DNA of 64,000 nucleotides from assembly GCA_964393695.1 (NCBI GenBank), contig CAYMWC010000004.1, forward strand, positions 298 through 64,297, read 5' to 3'. The stretch is from an uncultured Pleurocapsa sp. (GTDB taxonomy: Bacteria; Cyanobacteriota; Cyanobacteriia; Cyanobacteriales; Xenococcaceae). Positions 39,419-50,366 of this stretch are shown here, piece by piece. Under the pieces are notes generated by a model, which worked only from the letters and a program-made list of their open reading frames with translations, searched no databases and was not told the DNA's origin. The position numbers and the translations under genes are program-made. How positions within the stretch are numbered: the first letter of the stretch is position 1; each line of letters opens with the position of its first letter.

Positions 39419-41032
39419 TTACCACTGACAGTAATTTGGTTCACCGTTATCAGCTTGAATAACGCGAAAATCCATCAACACCATTTCCCAATTGCGTTTG
39501 GGAGTACGCCATACAGGATCGTTAACTATATTAGGAGTCTTATAAACACGCCCATCATGTTCAAATACTAACGGGACTTGATATTTTGCTTGAGTCCATT
39601 TATGAATTAATTTTTTAAATTCTACAACAGGTAAATAATTATTTTTTAAGGGACGATATTTATGTCCAATTTTGGCTTTTGTATCATCTATTTCGATAAA
39701 TTTAACTAAATCCTCTTGATAGTCCCAGATTTTTAGTGGATTATTGGCTAACAATAAATGATTACTGACTTCTCCTTCTGTACGTAGATTACTAAACATA
39801 GAAAAATTCCCCGCAGTACGTAATCCTAAGTAAGGAGTCATTGCCCATAAGGATAATACTAAGACAAAGATATATAAAAAGTGGGGTGTTTGACCCTCAA
39901 AAATGGCAAAACCTCGCCAAGATTTTGGAGCGGATAAAATAGCTTTGACGCAGGGTACAATAACAATTAAGACTGATGTAATAAATATAATTCCTGTTAA
40001 AGCTTTATTATTAAAATAGGGATAAGCTAAATGGTAAACTCCTGCAATAATTCCTCCAACAATATTTATAAAAACATAGAGTAACGAGCGATTTAACTGA
40101 ATATTACTTCTGGATAATTTAACTGGAATATTAAAATTAAAATAATAGTTTTGAGGAATATAAGTTAACCACAGGGCAAAAATTAATGCCCCAAAATCTA
40201 CAAATCCAATTGGAGCAAGCACTAGGTGCATAAACATTGAGATAAAGAAGATAGCAGCTTGGCAAGAACGAATAAAGAGTAATACACTACCAAGTAATTC
40301 CCAAACAATGACGATGATTGCTGTCGCGAAAAGTGCTAAAAATTTAATTATATTGCTTAGATTTAAAAAATAGATACTTAAGCCAGCAGCTAAAATCGAA
40401 ATTAATAAGCTAATCGATAAAACTTTAAATAATGAATTGTTAACTAGCTGTAATAATAAATATCTGTATTGCTGAAAAATTGTTTGATAGATAAAAATCA
40501 AGCTAACTATGCCTAAAATCATTAAATTTGGCATATCAAAAATAGAGGAAAATAGCATATCAATAATTCCTGTAAAAGTCGAGCTAGCACAGGAATAATC
40601 CGTATTTAAAAAGTCATGATTTAGTTTATGAAAACCTGCCCAAAAATAAACAAGAATTAAAAATACTCTAATAATAGGTGATATAACATTGTAATAATCA
40701 TTATCTGTAGCAAATCGAGGAGTCAACCAAGTATAAATTGCTCCTACTAGTAAAGTAAAATTAATAATAAGAATTAAATTAACGTGATTGGCAACTTCAG
40801 GAAAATGAAAGTATAAAAAGTAAACTGTCGTAAAACCAAGAAACAAACAAAACTTTAATTTATCTATATTGGTAACAATAATTACTATCAGTAAAAGCAA
40901 AGTAATAGCCGTAACTATAGGATGATCCCAGTTTTCTGCCATTTCTACCCAAAGAGCAGTACTATAAAAAATGGCAAATAGAGAAAAATAACTAAACTTA
41001 ATTGACTTTAATTTTTCCATTTTATCAAACAA
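39419..41032 (-). CDS. HTTM-like multi-pass membrane protein
   Basis: VANH, YFWAGFHKLN.DFL, MFMH, YLGLRTAGNFSMFSNLRTE; many TM helices. Confidence 0.7.
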   Translation of the reverse strand: MFDKMEKLKSIKFSYFSLFAIFYSTALWVEMAENWDHPIVTAITLLLLIVIIVTNIDKLKFCLFLGFTTVYFLYFHFPEVANHVNLILIINFTLLVGAIYTWLTPRFATDNDYYNVISPIIRVFLILVYFWAGFHKLNHDFLNTDYSCASSTFTGIIDMLFSSIFDMPNLMILGIVSLIFIYQTIFQQYRYLLLQLVNNSLFKVLSISLLISILAAGLSIYFLNLSNIIKFLALFATAIIVIVWELLGSVLLFIRSCQAAIFFISMFMHLVLAPIGFVDFGALIFALWLTYIPQNYYFNFNIPVKLSRSNIQLNRSLLYVFINIVGGIIAGVYHLAYPYFNNKALTGIIFITSVLIVIVPCVKAILSAPKSWRGFAIFEGQTPHFLYIFVLVLSLWAMTPYLGLRTAGNFSMFSNLRTEGEVSNHLLLANNPLKIWDYQEDLVKFIEIDDTKAKIGHKYRPLKNNYLPVVEFKKLIHKWTQAKYQVPLVFEHDGRVYKTPNIVNDPVWRTPKRNWEMVLMDFRVIQADNGEPNYCQW

Positions 41033-41517
41033 CTATCAATGAAAAAGAAACTTATAGTAAATTATTTTTTAGAATCTAAGATATGTCTTTAAGTAATACT
41101 GAGGCAATAGGAACAAATCGGGCTGTGAGTATAGGTATTGGTTCACTACCATTTTCTTCGTAGTGTTGCCATACTTCTTCAGGTATAGGGTCTTGATCGG
41201 CGATCGCAATAATGCTAATTGCTCAAAGATAGCATCGGTTTGAGGGATTTTTTTTTCGGTGTGGAATCGTCCTGGCGGGGACATAGCTTTGGTAATGTCT
41301 AGTTAAGAGGTTGAGAAGCGAGAATCCCTCCTCGGAGACGATGGGAGGTTCAATGATTGAAATATTGCGCTTAACAAGAGTGTTCCATAAACAAAAAAGC
41401 GCAGCGCACATGTAAAGGTGGGAGACTGTATAACCACCAGTTAACATAGCGATTTTTCAGAGTATCTGATTTTGTACTAGGTTGTTTTCTAAGCGATCGC
41501 TCAATCATATTTCAGTA

Positions 41518-42810
41518 TTACTCTTTATCTAGCTTGTGCATTGTCAATTGATTATAAATTTTCTCTAATTCATCATTAAGTTGATTCATATCGTAGTTTT
41601 GTTCGACAAATTTTCTACCAGACATCCCCATGTCTTGCCAAAGAGTGGGATTTTCGATGAGGTAGCGCAGCTTATTGGCGATCGCCGTTGCATCTCTTTC
41701 AGCAACTAAATAACCAGATATACCATCTTGGACTAATTCAGGGATACCGCCATGAAAAGTGGAAATTACAGGTAAACCCATGGCCATTGCTTCTTTGAGA
41801 GTATTAACGGGTGCGTCTTGATTACCATCTTTGGCAGTTACGCAAGGAGCAAGAAAGATATGAGAACTATCTAAAATAGAGATAATTTCTTGTTGTTGTC
41901 GCCAACCTAGTAACTCAATTTTGTCTTCTACGTCTAATTCGGCAATTAATTGCTGTAATTCAGCACGTAAATAACCATCGCCGATTATTTTGTATTCTAA
42001 GTTCGGAAAATCTGGAATTAACTGAGCAACTGCTCGAATACTGTATTCAATCCCCTTTTTCTCAACCAAACGCCCTGTAGTGACGAGACGAATCAAACCA
42101 TCATCAGGAAAATAACGAGGTTGATAAGCAAACTTCTGACAATCTAACCCCGAACCATTGACTACAATCTTTTCAGGAGGACAACCTATTTTAATAGCGC
42201 GATCACGAAAAAAATTACAGTTAGTCAAAAAGAAATCAGCTACTTGAAATAGTTGATCATAAACGAGATCGCCTTGTTCTTGAATATACCAGCTAATATC
42301 CCAGCCACGAAAAGCAACAACTAATTTGCCCCTTAATAAACCTAGAGATCTTAAAGTCAATACCCCAGGATCGGCTGGTAACTTTCCCTGTAAAGCATAG
42401 ATACCAAACTGACAGTGAACAATATCGTAATTGATTGACTCTAGAAAAGCGATCGCTCCATAAAATAATCTTAAAGAAGCAGCCTGTTTACCGTATTTAA
42501 AAACATTGAGCGATCGCCATATTGCAGGAAGGTTGCGACACCCTTTGATTGAGAGTAATTGCAATGCCTTGAAAAATCGTAGTGCATAATTTTGGGGAAT
42601 TTCAGGCACGTAATAGCCACATTCAATCAAATTATATTTATCAACAATAGAATGAATCTTTGTTTCAGCAGAATAACCTTCGAGGGCATAGATATCTACT
42701 TTATGTCCCCGTTCAATTAGCCCACTAATTTGATTTAAAATGAAAGACTCGGATAAGACGGGGAATCTTCCCACCACAAAAGCAATTCGTAGACTGAATT
42801 CAGGTTTCAA
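41518..42810 (-). CDS. GT4 glycosyltransferase, WcaL-like
   Basis: FP.LSESFILNQI, HCQFG, GRLVEKKG, DAPVNTLKEAMA.G.PV. Confidence 0.92.
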   Translation of the reverse strand: MKPEFSLRIAFVVGRFPVLSESFILNQISGLIERGHKVDIYALEGYSAETKIHSIVDKYNLIECGYYVPEIPQNYALRFFKALQLLSIKGCRNLPAIWRSLNVFKYGKQAASLRLFYGAIAFLESINYDIVHCQFGIYALQGKLPADPGVLTLRSLGLLRGKLVVAFRGWDISWYIQEQGDLVYDQLFQVADFFLTNCNFFRDRAIKIGCPPEKIVVNGSGLDCQKFAYQPRYFPDDGLIRLVTTGRLVEKKGIEYSIRAVAQLIPDFPNLEYKIIGDGYLRAELQQLIAELDVEDKIELLGWRQQQEIISILDSSHIFLAPCVTAKDGNQDAPVNTLKEAMAMGLPVISTFHGGIPELVQDGISGYLVAERDATAIANKLRYLIENPTLWQDMGMSGRKFVEQNYDMNQLNDELEKIYNQLTMHKLDKE

Positions 42811-42842
42811 ATTACTCCATTCCTCCTTAGCCTTAATTTAAC

Positions 42843-42870
42843 GTAGGGGCGCATCGCGATGCGCCCTTAC
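42843..42870. repeat. REP-like palindrome
   Basis: GTAGGGGCGCATCGCGATGCGCCCTTAC, near-perfect 28-bp palindrome starting GTAG. Confidence 0.8.
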
Positions 42871-42935
42871 AGGGTTTATCTTTCAGAGACTCTCACCGCC
42901 AGCAATAATTCTTTGAAGTCTATGATTGAGAATAA

Positions 42936-43742
42936 CTAACCATAAGACTCAATCTTTTCCTTACCATCAGGCATAGCTGGTACAAATTTCCGTAATCCCA
43001 GATATTGTTGGACAATATGCCACACATAAAGAGGATTAAGAACTGCATAGCGTTGCCATAATCTTTGAGGTTCTTGTATCAAACGGAAAAGCCATTCTAA
43101 ACCTGAATCTTGCATCCATTTGGGAGCTTGAGGTAAAGTTCCTGCATGAAAATCAAAAGCAGCCCCCACAGCCAAAATTGGTATGTTGAGGAGATTACGA
43201 TATTCATAAGCCCAGGTTTCCTGGCGAGGACAGCCCAATCCGAGAAAAACTGTATGCGCACCAGAGGTTTTAATTCGCTCGACTAATCGGCAACGCTCTT
43301 GCTTAGACAGTCTTCTAAATTTAGAAGCTTCCATACCCACAATTTTTAATCCAGGATATAGTTGAGTTAAATTATGGGCGAATTTTTCGAGAGTTTCGGT
43401 TTGGCTACCATATAGGTAGATACTCAAGCCTTCTTGGGCAAAAGATTGTGCTACCTTGAGCGTGAGATTAGGGCCATAAACACGATCGCGTAGCTTTTTT
43501 TGGTGTAGCCAAGATAATGCCCAGCGTACTGGTTGTCCATCGGGGACTACTAAGTCTAAACCGTTTAAGCGTCTAGCATGGATGCGATCTAAAAAACCAG
43601 TCATTACACCATGGACAGCCAAAGCACTGACAGAACAAGGTTGTCTATTTTTGGCAGCAGTAGTGATAGCTGATACCGCAAAATCGTAGTCTACAGCACT
43701 GATATTAATTCCCAATATAGAATACTTTCCTTGGTTAATCAT
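42936..43742 (-). CDS. WecB/TagA/CpsF (GT26) glycosyltransferase
   Basis: [41 protein letters not shown]. Confidence 0.95.
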   Translation of the reverse strand: MINQGKYSILGINISAVDYDFAVSAITTAAKNRQPCSVSALAVHGVMTGFLDRIHARRLNGLDLVVPDGQPVRWALSWLHQKKLRDRVYGPNLTLKVAQSFAQEGLSIYLYGSQTETLEKFAHNLTQLYPGLKIVGMEASKFRRLSKQERCRLVERIKTSGAHTVFLGLGCPRQETWAYEYRNLLNIPILAVGAAFDFHAGTLPQAPKWMQDSGLEWLFRLIQEPQRLWQRYAVLNPLYVWHIVQQYLGLRKFVPAMPDGKEKIESYG

Positions 43743-44806
43743 TGTTCATTCCATCTTTCAATACCACTTTCGTAAATCTCAGATAAGATCTGATTGATGT
43801 TGTATTTAAGCGACCAATCGGGATAATGGGACTTAAATTTAGCTAGATCGCTGATATACCAAATATGGTCACCACTACGGTTGTCATCAGTGTAGGAATA
43901 ATCGAGCTTTTTGCCAGCAAGTTCCTGAGAGATCGCGATCGCTTCTAGCATCGAACAATTACTCTCTCGTCCACCACCGATGTTATATACTTCCGCTACA
44001 CGAGGTTGTTTGTAAAACTCGTAAAAAGCAGCGATTAAGTCAGAAGAATGAATGTTGTCGCGAACTTGTTTACCTTTGTAACCATAAATTTTGTATGGTT
44101 TACCAATCGCGGTACATTTTACTAAGTATGCTAAAAACCCATGCAATTCAGTGCCAGAATGATTTGGTCCAGTCAAACAACCACCTCTAAATGAGGCTGT
44201 ACGAATCCCAAAATAACGCCCATACTCTTGCACCAAAACATCAGCAGCTACTTTAGATGCCCCAAATAAGGAGTGCTTACATTGGTCGATGCTCATATTT
44301 TCGGCTATACCTGGATGATATTCGTGAGCAGAATCTATTTCCCAGCGTTTTTCAAGTTCAATTAAAGGTAGGGAATTAGGTAAATCTCCATACACTTTAT
44401 TGGTAGAAGTAAAGATAAACACGGCATCAGGACAGTATTCACGAGTTGCCTGGAGCAAATTAAGTGTACCGTTAGCATTAACCGTAAAGTCTGAAAAAGG
44501 ATCCCTTGCTGCCCAGTCGTGAGAAGGTTGGGCTGCGGTATGAATAATCAGAGAAATATCTTGACCAAAATGTTGGAAGATTTCTTTGATTTTTTCGTAA
44601 TCTCTGATATCTACTTCCCGATGTTGATAGTTGTCAATTTCTTGTTCTAATTTTTGGCGATTCCATTTAGTAGAAGCTTCCTCTCCAAAAAAGAATTTGC
44701 GCATATCGTTGTCGATACCAACAACATCCATTCCCAGGCTACTGAAAAATCTTACAGCTTCAGAGCCAATTAAACCTGCCGAACCAGTGATAATCGCTAC
44801 GCCCAT
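43739..44806 (-). CDS. NAD-dependent epimerase/dehydratase (CDP-paratose 2-epimerase-like)
   Basis: [38 protein letters not shown]. Confidence 0.92.
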   Translation of the reverse strand: MGVAIITGSAGLIGSEAVRFFSSLGMDVVGIDNDMRKFFFGEEASTKWNRQKLEQEIDNYQHREVDIRDYEKIKEIFQHFGQDISLIIHTAAQPSHDWAARDPFSDFTVNANGTLNLLQATREYCPDAVFIFTSTNKVYGDLPNSLPLIELEKRWEIDSAHEYHPGIAENMSIDQCKHSLFGASKVAADVLVQEYGRYFGIRTASFRGGCLTGPNHSGTELHGFLAYLVKCTAIGKPYKIYGYKGKQVRDNIHSSDLIAAFYEFYKQPRVAEVYNIGGGRESNCSMLEAIAISQELAGKKLDYSYTDDNRSGDHIWYISDLAKFKSHYPDWSLKYNINQILSEIYESGIERWNEQ

Positions 44807-45250
44807 ATGTGATTGATTTGATTTAGATTTCTAGACTGTCCCTAACCTTGAATACACAACTAATTGCTGAAAATTCCCAATTAAAAACTTCAGGCATAAT
44901 TGTGGATATTAACTACTAAGTATATTCACTACTAATTTTTGCCATATTACTACAGGAGTTGTAAATATGTCGATAGATAAATAAGTAAAAATTCTGAGCT
45001 GAAAATTTGGACAAAAAAAATAAAACGATGATATGATTGCTTAGTTTTAAAATATAGATTCTCGTTCAGAAATTTCTGTTTCCGGTTAATAAATTGCTCG
45101 CTCAATATGTTAGTAGTAGGTTTGTTGAATTGTAAATAGACAATAAAATTGTAATCGCTTGGTTCTCTATATTAGTTGCTATAGCGCAGGTTAATCAGTC
45201 ATTTTTACTTAAGTATTTATAGTTAAAATAATAGTTGAGATATTACAGAT

Positions 45251-46432
45251 ATGCTTATTGGAATCATTGAAGTTAGTGAACCTAATCATTATTCGGCAGT
45301 CAATGGTCTAGTTAAGACTTATGCTAGCGAGCCAAGCAACCAAATAATAGTTTATACTCTGCCTTCAATTCAAAGAGCTTTAGAAGAAAACGGCTTACCA
45401 GCTAATGCTAGTGTGGTAGTACTAGAGGAAAGCCAGTCTTTAAAAAATTTGCTCAATTATGTCGAAAATACCGCTTTTGATCGTATACACATTTGCACGA
45501 TTTTCGATAACTACTTGGAATTTGCTCAATTTAAACCGCAAGTAAAAGAGATTTTTCTCCACGTCCATCAATGTGAAGAGTGGTATAACGATAACTTTAG
45601 TCGAGCGATCAACACCTTAGTTCCTAGTCTGAAAAATAAAGATCAAAACCGCAAATATTCACGGATCATAGCGCGGGCAATTGTCGACTATTTAGTTTAT
45701 CGACCACTGAGAAAGAAAATGCTGACTCAGTTTGCTCAAAATTATCAACTCAAAATCATAGTTCATAGTCAAGGTCAAAAAGAGGCATTGTTGGAGTACG
45801 GTTGTAAATTGCCGATTATAGTATTTCCTTTCGCTATCTATGAAGGAATGGCAGATGCTTCACAAACTAATCAGATGCTCAGAATTTGTATACCTGGAGT
45901 GATTACGCAAGCTAAACGGGATTATTTGGGAGTATTTCAGATTTTACAGGAAAATGCCAGTAAATTGTGCGATCGCATCGATCTTTATCTACTCGGATAT
46001 ATTACTGATCGCGAAAAAAAAGAGATGGGTGCTGCTATCTCGGATTTAAAGGCTGCTGGTTACCAGGTTTATTATCATGATGATTTTGTTTACGGAGAAG
46101 AGTTTGATCGGGCGATCGCCAATTGTGATTTGTTATTGAATAATCAATTTATCAGCAAAAACAGCACTGAAGTCTACGGAAAAACTAAGGAATCTGGGAT
46201 GATCTTTAATATGCTACGAGCAGCTAAACCAGGACTACTGCCGAAGGAGTATAGTGTCTCACCAGAATTTAATGACTGTACCTTGTTTTTTGATAGCTAT
46301 TCCCACTTAATTGAGCTTATTCAAAAAGTTTTGGATAATCCTCAATTATTACAACAGTTAAAAGTTTCAGCCAAAGAACTTTCAGTCAGTTATTCTCCCA
46401 CAAATCTCTATTCCAGATTGGTCGAAATTTAA
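45251..46432 (+). CDS. Divergent GT-B-like protein
   Basis: 393-aa ORF; PGVITQAKRDY, YGKTKESGM.F....A.KP reminiscent of GT-B C-terminal domains. Confidence 0.6.
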   Translation: MLIGIIEVSEPNHYSAVNGLVKTYASEPSNQIIVYTLPSIQRALEENGLPANASVVVLEESQSLKNLLNYVENTAFDRIHICTIFDNYLEFAQFKPQVKEIFLHVHQCEEWYNDNFSRAINTLVPSLKNKDQNRKYSRIIARAIVDYLVYRPLRKKMLTQFAQNYQLKIIVHSQGQKEALLEYGCKLPIIVFPFAIYEGMADASQTNQMLRICIPGVITQAKRDYLGVFQILQENASKLCDRIDLYLLGYITDREKKEMGAAISDLKAAGYQVYYHDDFVYGEEFDRAIANCDLLLNNQFISKNSTEVYGKTKESGMIFNMLRAAKPGLLPKEYSVSPEFNDCTLFFDSYSHLIELIQKVLDNPQLLQQLKVSAKELSVSYSPTNLYSRLVEI

Positions 46433-47430
46433 TTGTGTTGGTTAATTAATTCAACTAGTTTAGTAATTTCTTGTTGAACTTGGTTATTCCATTGACTACG
46501 ATAGGCAGTTAGATCTAGTTCTTGTAATGATAATGATCTAATTGCCTGGACTATGGATGCAGGAGAATTGTCAACTAATACTGCCCATTCTCCAAATAAT
46601 TTTTTAGTCAGAGAAGTTTTACTAATAATTAGCTGAGTATCAGAAGATAGAGCTTCACAAGCACCACTAGGTTGAGTTGCTTCACTAGTAGTTAAGACCA
46701 AAGCTGCCAGACTAGAACACAATACTTGATGATACTCTGATGTTGCTAAAAAACCAGTTAAATTGACGTTATCCAGTTGTTGCAACTGTTTAGCTGTTTT
46801 AGGCGCAAGTTTATTAATATCCGCCGTAACAATAAATTGGTACTCTGTTAATTGTTTCATAGATTCAATTAATAAATCTACTGGTTCGTCCCAAGGATCG
46901 AAAGAGGCAATGACCAAGATCTGCTTTGCCTGTCGTTGCTGAGGCGGATTTAGGACAATCGACTTAATCGGATCGCAAATAGTAAACAGTTTCGCTGAGG
47001 GATAAATACTTTTAACTAGTTGGAACATTTCTGCATTATGAACAATTATTGCCAAAGCCTGGCTGAGTATAGTTTTGCTGAGGGCGAGTTTCTGCCACAT
47101 TGCCACTTGAAACAAAGGATTGTGAGCATCAATCACGTAAGGGGTTTTAGTCAGCAATGCAGGTAAAGCACTAAAAGTAGGAGGGCATTGAGCAACTACA
47201 AAATGAGGTTTTTGAGTAGAGATTGCTTGAATACTAACTACCAGTTTAATTAAGTAATCCAAAGGGCGCAGATACTTACTTTGAAGGAGATGGGGAATAA
47301 ACTTGAGTTGACAATTAATAAAGGAAGCTAGGACTTCTGGTCGTCTTTGATATTTTTTCCAAACTAGAAACAAACCAAAAGCTTTTTTGACTGTTATTTG
47401 ATCGGACATACTTTTATATATAATCTGCAT
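46429..47430 (-). CDS. Glycosyltransferase (GT4-like)
   Basis: IDAHN, ASFDPWDEP, FTGFL....Y..L, SGACEALS. Confidence 0.8.
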   Translation of the reverse strand: MQIIYKSMSDQITVKKAFGLFLVWKKYQRRPEVLASFINCQLKFIPHLLQSKYLRPLDYLIKLVVSIQAISTQKPHFVVAQCPPTFSALPALLTKTPYVIDAHNPLFQVAMWQKLALSKTILSQALAIIVHNAEMFQLVKSIYPSAKLFTICDPIKSIVLNPPQQRQAKQILVIASFDPWDEPVDLLIESMKQLTEYQFIVTADINKLAPKTAKQLQQLDNVNLTGFLATSEYHQVLCSSLAALVLTTSEATQPSGACEALSSDTQLIISKTSLTKKLFGEWAVLVDNSPASIVQAIRSLSLQELDLTAYRSQWNNQVQQEITKLVELINQHN

Positions 47431-47448
47431 ACTTTATACTTTCGTAAG

Positions 47449-47676
47449 CTAAAAAAGCGGCTCGTGTTGCCATTGAGTTGAGAATTCCTGATTTCCCTTT
47501 AAATGATTTCTCGGTTTTGCTGATTTTTCGGGAGATTCACCAGCTAATGCCACGATTTGAACCACTTGTTCTACACGAAAAAACTTAGTCGTGCCTAAAT
47601 AGCGTTTTAAGGAGTTTAAGATCTTACCTTTTTCCTTGTATAGATTAGCATTATCATTTTGTAGGGTAGACAGGAC
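47449..47676 (-). mobile_element. IS630-family transposase N-terminal remnant
   Basis: Start-less open frame ...KFFRVEQVVQIVALAGESPEKSAKPRNH..., matching the IS630 KF.VEQV.QI.A.ACE.P..SG.P.SH motif. Confidence 0.75.
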
Positions 47677-47802
47677 TTAAACTAAAGTTACAGCGGTGTG
47701 CAGCTTGGCTAAGTAAGTTATAGAGTTCGACATTTTTAGATAATCAATATCAAGTGTGCTTAATGAATCTGAATATCGCTATAATCATGCACTATTTCAC
47801 CT

Positions 47803-47854
47803 AAAAACGAAAAAGGTTTTGGGAGTCTTGCCGTGTTTCGACCCCAAAACCTTT
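47803..47854 (-). terminator. Terminator downstream of dxs
   Basis: Minus strand AAAGGTTTTGGGGTC-loop-GACTCCCAAAACCTTT followed by TTCGTTTTT. Confidence 0.65.
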
Positions 47855-47976
47855 CTCTCTTACACTTACTCCTCACACACAATTAATAGTGTAAAGTAAT
47901 TATGAGGCTGGTGCTGGATTTAAGTGCCAGTTTCTATATTGTCATAATATTTCTCTAGCACTAAATTTTCTGGCTG

Positions 47977-49893
47977 CTAGCTAACTACAGAGGGTTCTTT
48001 GTCTTTGCTAGCAAAAAAAGTTTTCAGAATACTTTCCGCCATTTGAGAACTACTTAAACCCAAACTAGCTTTTGATTGCTCAATAGTAGCATGATCAACC
48101 AAAATATCTGGTATCCCAAAGCGTTTTACAGGCACCAGGATATCATGCTCTTGTAAAGCTTCCAAGACTGCTGAACCAAAACCACCCATGAGACAGCCTT
48201 CTTCGAGAGTAACTAGTTTGCCAATTTGTTTAGCTAAGGGGGCAATCAAATCCATATCCAAAGGCTTAACAAAACGAGCATTGACTACTGTAGCTTCGAT
48301 ACCATGTTCACCGAGTATTTCTGCTACTTGTAAAGCTGGATATACTTGAGTGCCATAACCCACCAAGAGCAAATCATCCCCATGACGGAGAATCTCACCT
48401 TTACCGATTTCAATGGGTTCCCAACCCTCATCCATTAATGGTACACCAACACCATTACCACGAGGATAACGCATAGCGATCGCGCCTTTTTGATAGTCAA
48501 TACCTGTAACCATCATACGTTGTAATTCCGCTTCGTCTTTTGGTGCCATAACCACAATATTGGGAATACAGCGTAGATAAGCAATATCGTACATTCCCTG
48601 GTGAGTTGGGCCATCTGCCCCCACAATTCCCGCCCGATCTAAACAGAAAAAGACAGGTAACTTTTGGATACAGATATCATGAATAATCTGATCGTAAGCT
48701 CGTTGTAAAAAGGTAGAATAAATAGTAGCCACGGGTTTCATCCCTTCGCAAGCCATACCTGCTGCTAAAGTTACCGCGTGTTGTTCAGCAATACCGACAT
48801 CGATATATTGCTTAGGTAATTGACGCTGAAGTTTATCCAAACCCGTCCCTGTTGCCATCGCAGCCGTAATGCCCACAATTTTGGAGTCGTTTTCCGCCAA
48901 AGCAGTTATGGTATCCGCAAATACCTTACTATAACTTGGTGGTTTAGGTTTAGTAGCAGGGGCAGATTTGCCTGTAGCTAAATTAAAAGGACTTTGGGCA
49001 TGGTAGCCTACTTGATCTTTTTCAGCGATCGCATATCCTTTCCCCTTAACTGTTGCTACATGAACTAATACTGGGCCTGGTACTTTATGTGCCTGTTTAA
49101 AAGTAGAAATTAGTTCTGACAGATTATGACCATCTATCGGGCCAAAATACTTGAAGCCCAATTCTTCAATTACTGCCCCAACTTTTGGTACTGCCAGACG
49201 TTTCATTCCCTCTTTGACTCGTTCCATTTCAGGAGTTAGAGATTCACCTAGAAAGGGTAGCTGTTTAAATTGTTCTTCTAGGTTATCGGAAATAAACTGA
49301 ATCGGATCTGATAAGCGAACTTTGTTTAAATAACGCGAAATTGCCCCCACATTCGGAGAAATGGACATTTCGTTATCATTTAGTACCACCATGAGGTTGG
49401 TGTTGGGCAAATGCCCGGCATGATTAATCGCTTCCAGTGCCATGCCTCCCGTCAAAGCACCGTCGCCGATCACCGCCACACATTTAAAATCTTCCCCTTT
49501 AGTATCCCTAGCTAAGGCCATACCCAAAGCTGCGGAAATACTCGTAGAAGCATGTCCTGCCCCAAAATGGTCAAATTTATTTTCGCTTATTTTTAAATAG
49601 CCAGCGACACCATCTTTTTGACGTAAGGTATCAAATTTATTGTATCTACCTGTTAGTAATTTATGGGGATATGCCTGGTGTCCCACATCCCAAATTACCT
49701 TATCGCGGTCTAAATCTAAAGTTTGATATAAAGCAATAGTTAATTCTACTACACCCAAACCTGGACCCAAATGACCGCCACTAGCTGCAACTGTTTGCAA
49801 ATGCTTCTCTCTTATCTGCCGGGCGATGTCCTCTAGTTGTCGGATTGATAGACCGTGCAACTGGTTAGGGTGAGTTATTTCGCTTAAATGCAT
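47977..49893 (-). CDS. dxs: 1-deoxy-D-xylulose-5-phosphate synthase
   Basis: [49 protein letters not shown]. Confidence 0.99.
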   Translation of the reverse strand: MHLSEITHPNQLHGLSIRQLEDIARQIREKHLQTVAASGGHLGPGLGVVELTIALYQTLDLDRDKVIWDVGHQAYPHKLLTGRYNKFDTLRQKDGVAGYLKISENKFDHFGAGHASTSISAALGMALARDTKGEDFKCVAVIGDGALTGGMALEAINHAGHLPNTNLMVVLNDNEMSISPNVGAISRYLNKVRLSDPIQFISDNLEEQFKQLPFLGESLTPEMERVKEGMKRLAVPKVGAVIEELGFKYFGPIDGHNLSELISTFKQAHKVPGPVLVHVATVKGKGYAIAEKDQVGYHAQSPFNLATGKSAPATKPKPPSYSKVFADTITALAENDSKIVGITAAMATGTGLDKLQRQLPKQYIDVGIAEQHAVTLAAGMACEGMKPVATIYSTFLQRAYDQIIHDICIQKLPVFFCLDRAGIVGADGPTHQGMYDIAYLRCIPNIVVMAPKDEAELQRMMVTGIDYQKGAIAMRYPRGNGVGVPLMDEGWEPIEIGKGEILRHGDDLLLVGYGTQVYPALQVAEILGEHGIEATVVNARFVKPLDMDLIAPLAKQIGKLVTLEEGCLMGGFGSAVLEALQEHDILVPVKRFGIPDILVDHATIEQSKASLGLSSSQMAESILKTFFASKDKEPSVVS

Positions 49894-50265
49894 ACTGCCG
49901 TGTTCTCTAATAATAGATTATCTATTTTTTTGTTAAATAAATTATCCTACTTTCTCTGTTCCTAAAGTGAAAATTGGATACTTTTCTCAACGCTAAGTTG
50001 AAAATATCGCTAGTAATAATTGAGAAATGACAATTGTCATAGACTTGCACATTTAATACTTAACTAGAGAATTGTGTTATATTACTTAAGAATTTTTTAT
50101 CGTCTAGGGTAACTTTGTCTTTAGATACTCTAAGAGCATCTTAACTTATTCATCTAAAGCAGCGTAATTACATTTTATATTAATCGCTAGCTTAGATAAT
50201 AAATCAGAATTAGGATATGACGAAATTAACAAATGTATGTTAGACAGATAAAGACATAGCTATTT

Positions 50266-50322
50266 ACGGTCACTTAGGTGGCAATTTACCTGATTCAACC
50301 GTCGGCAAAGTTGCCGAAGCAA
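50266..50322 (+). promoter_or_regulatory. Candidate structured cis-regulatory RNA in the ahcY leader
   Basis: ACGGT/ACCGT outer stem enclosing a TTAGGT/ACCTGA stem, then CGGCAA-AG-TTGCCG hairpin; GC-rich island in an AT-rich spacer. Confidence 0.45.
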
Positions 50323-50366
50323 ATAAACTCCTTACAAATAGTAATTAGCGCGAATAGAAAAATCCT

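Noticed and set aside
50291-50302. TGATTCAACCGT as a SAM-II riboswitch core
   Set aside because: It resembles SAM-II UGAUUUAACCGU, but no matching P1 3' strand or GCUAAA pseudoknot segment follows; kept only as an unassigned candidate RNA.
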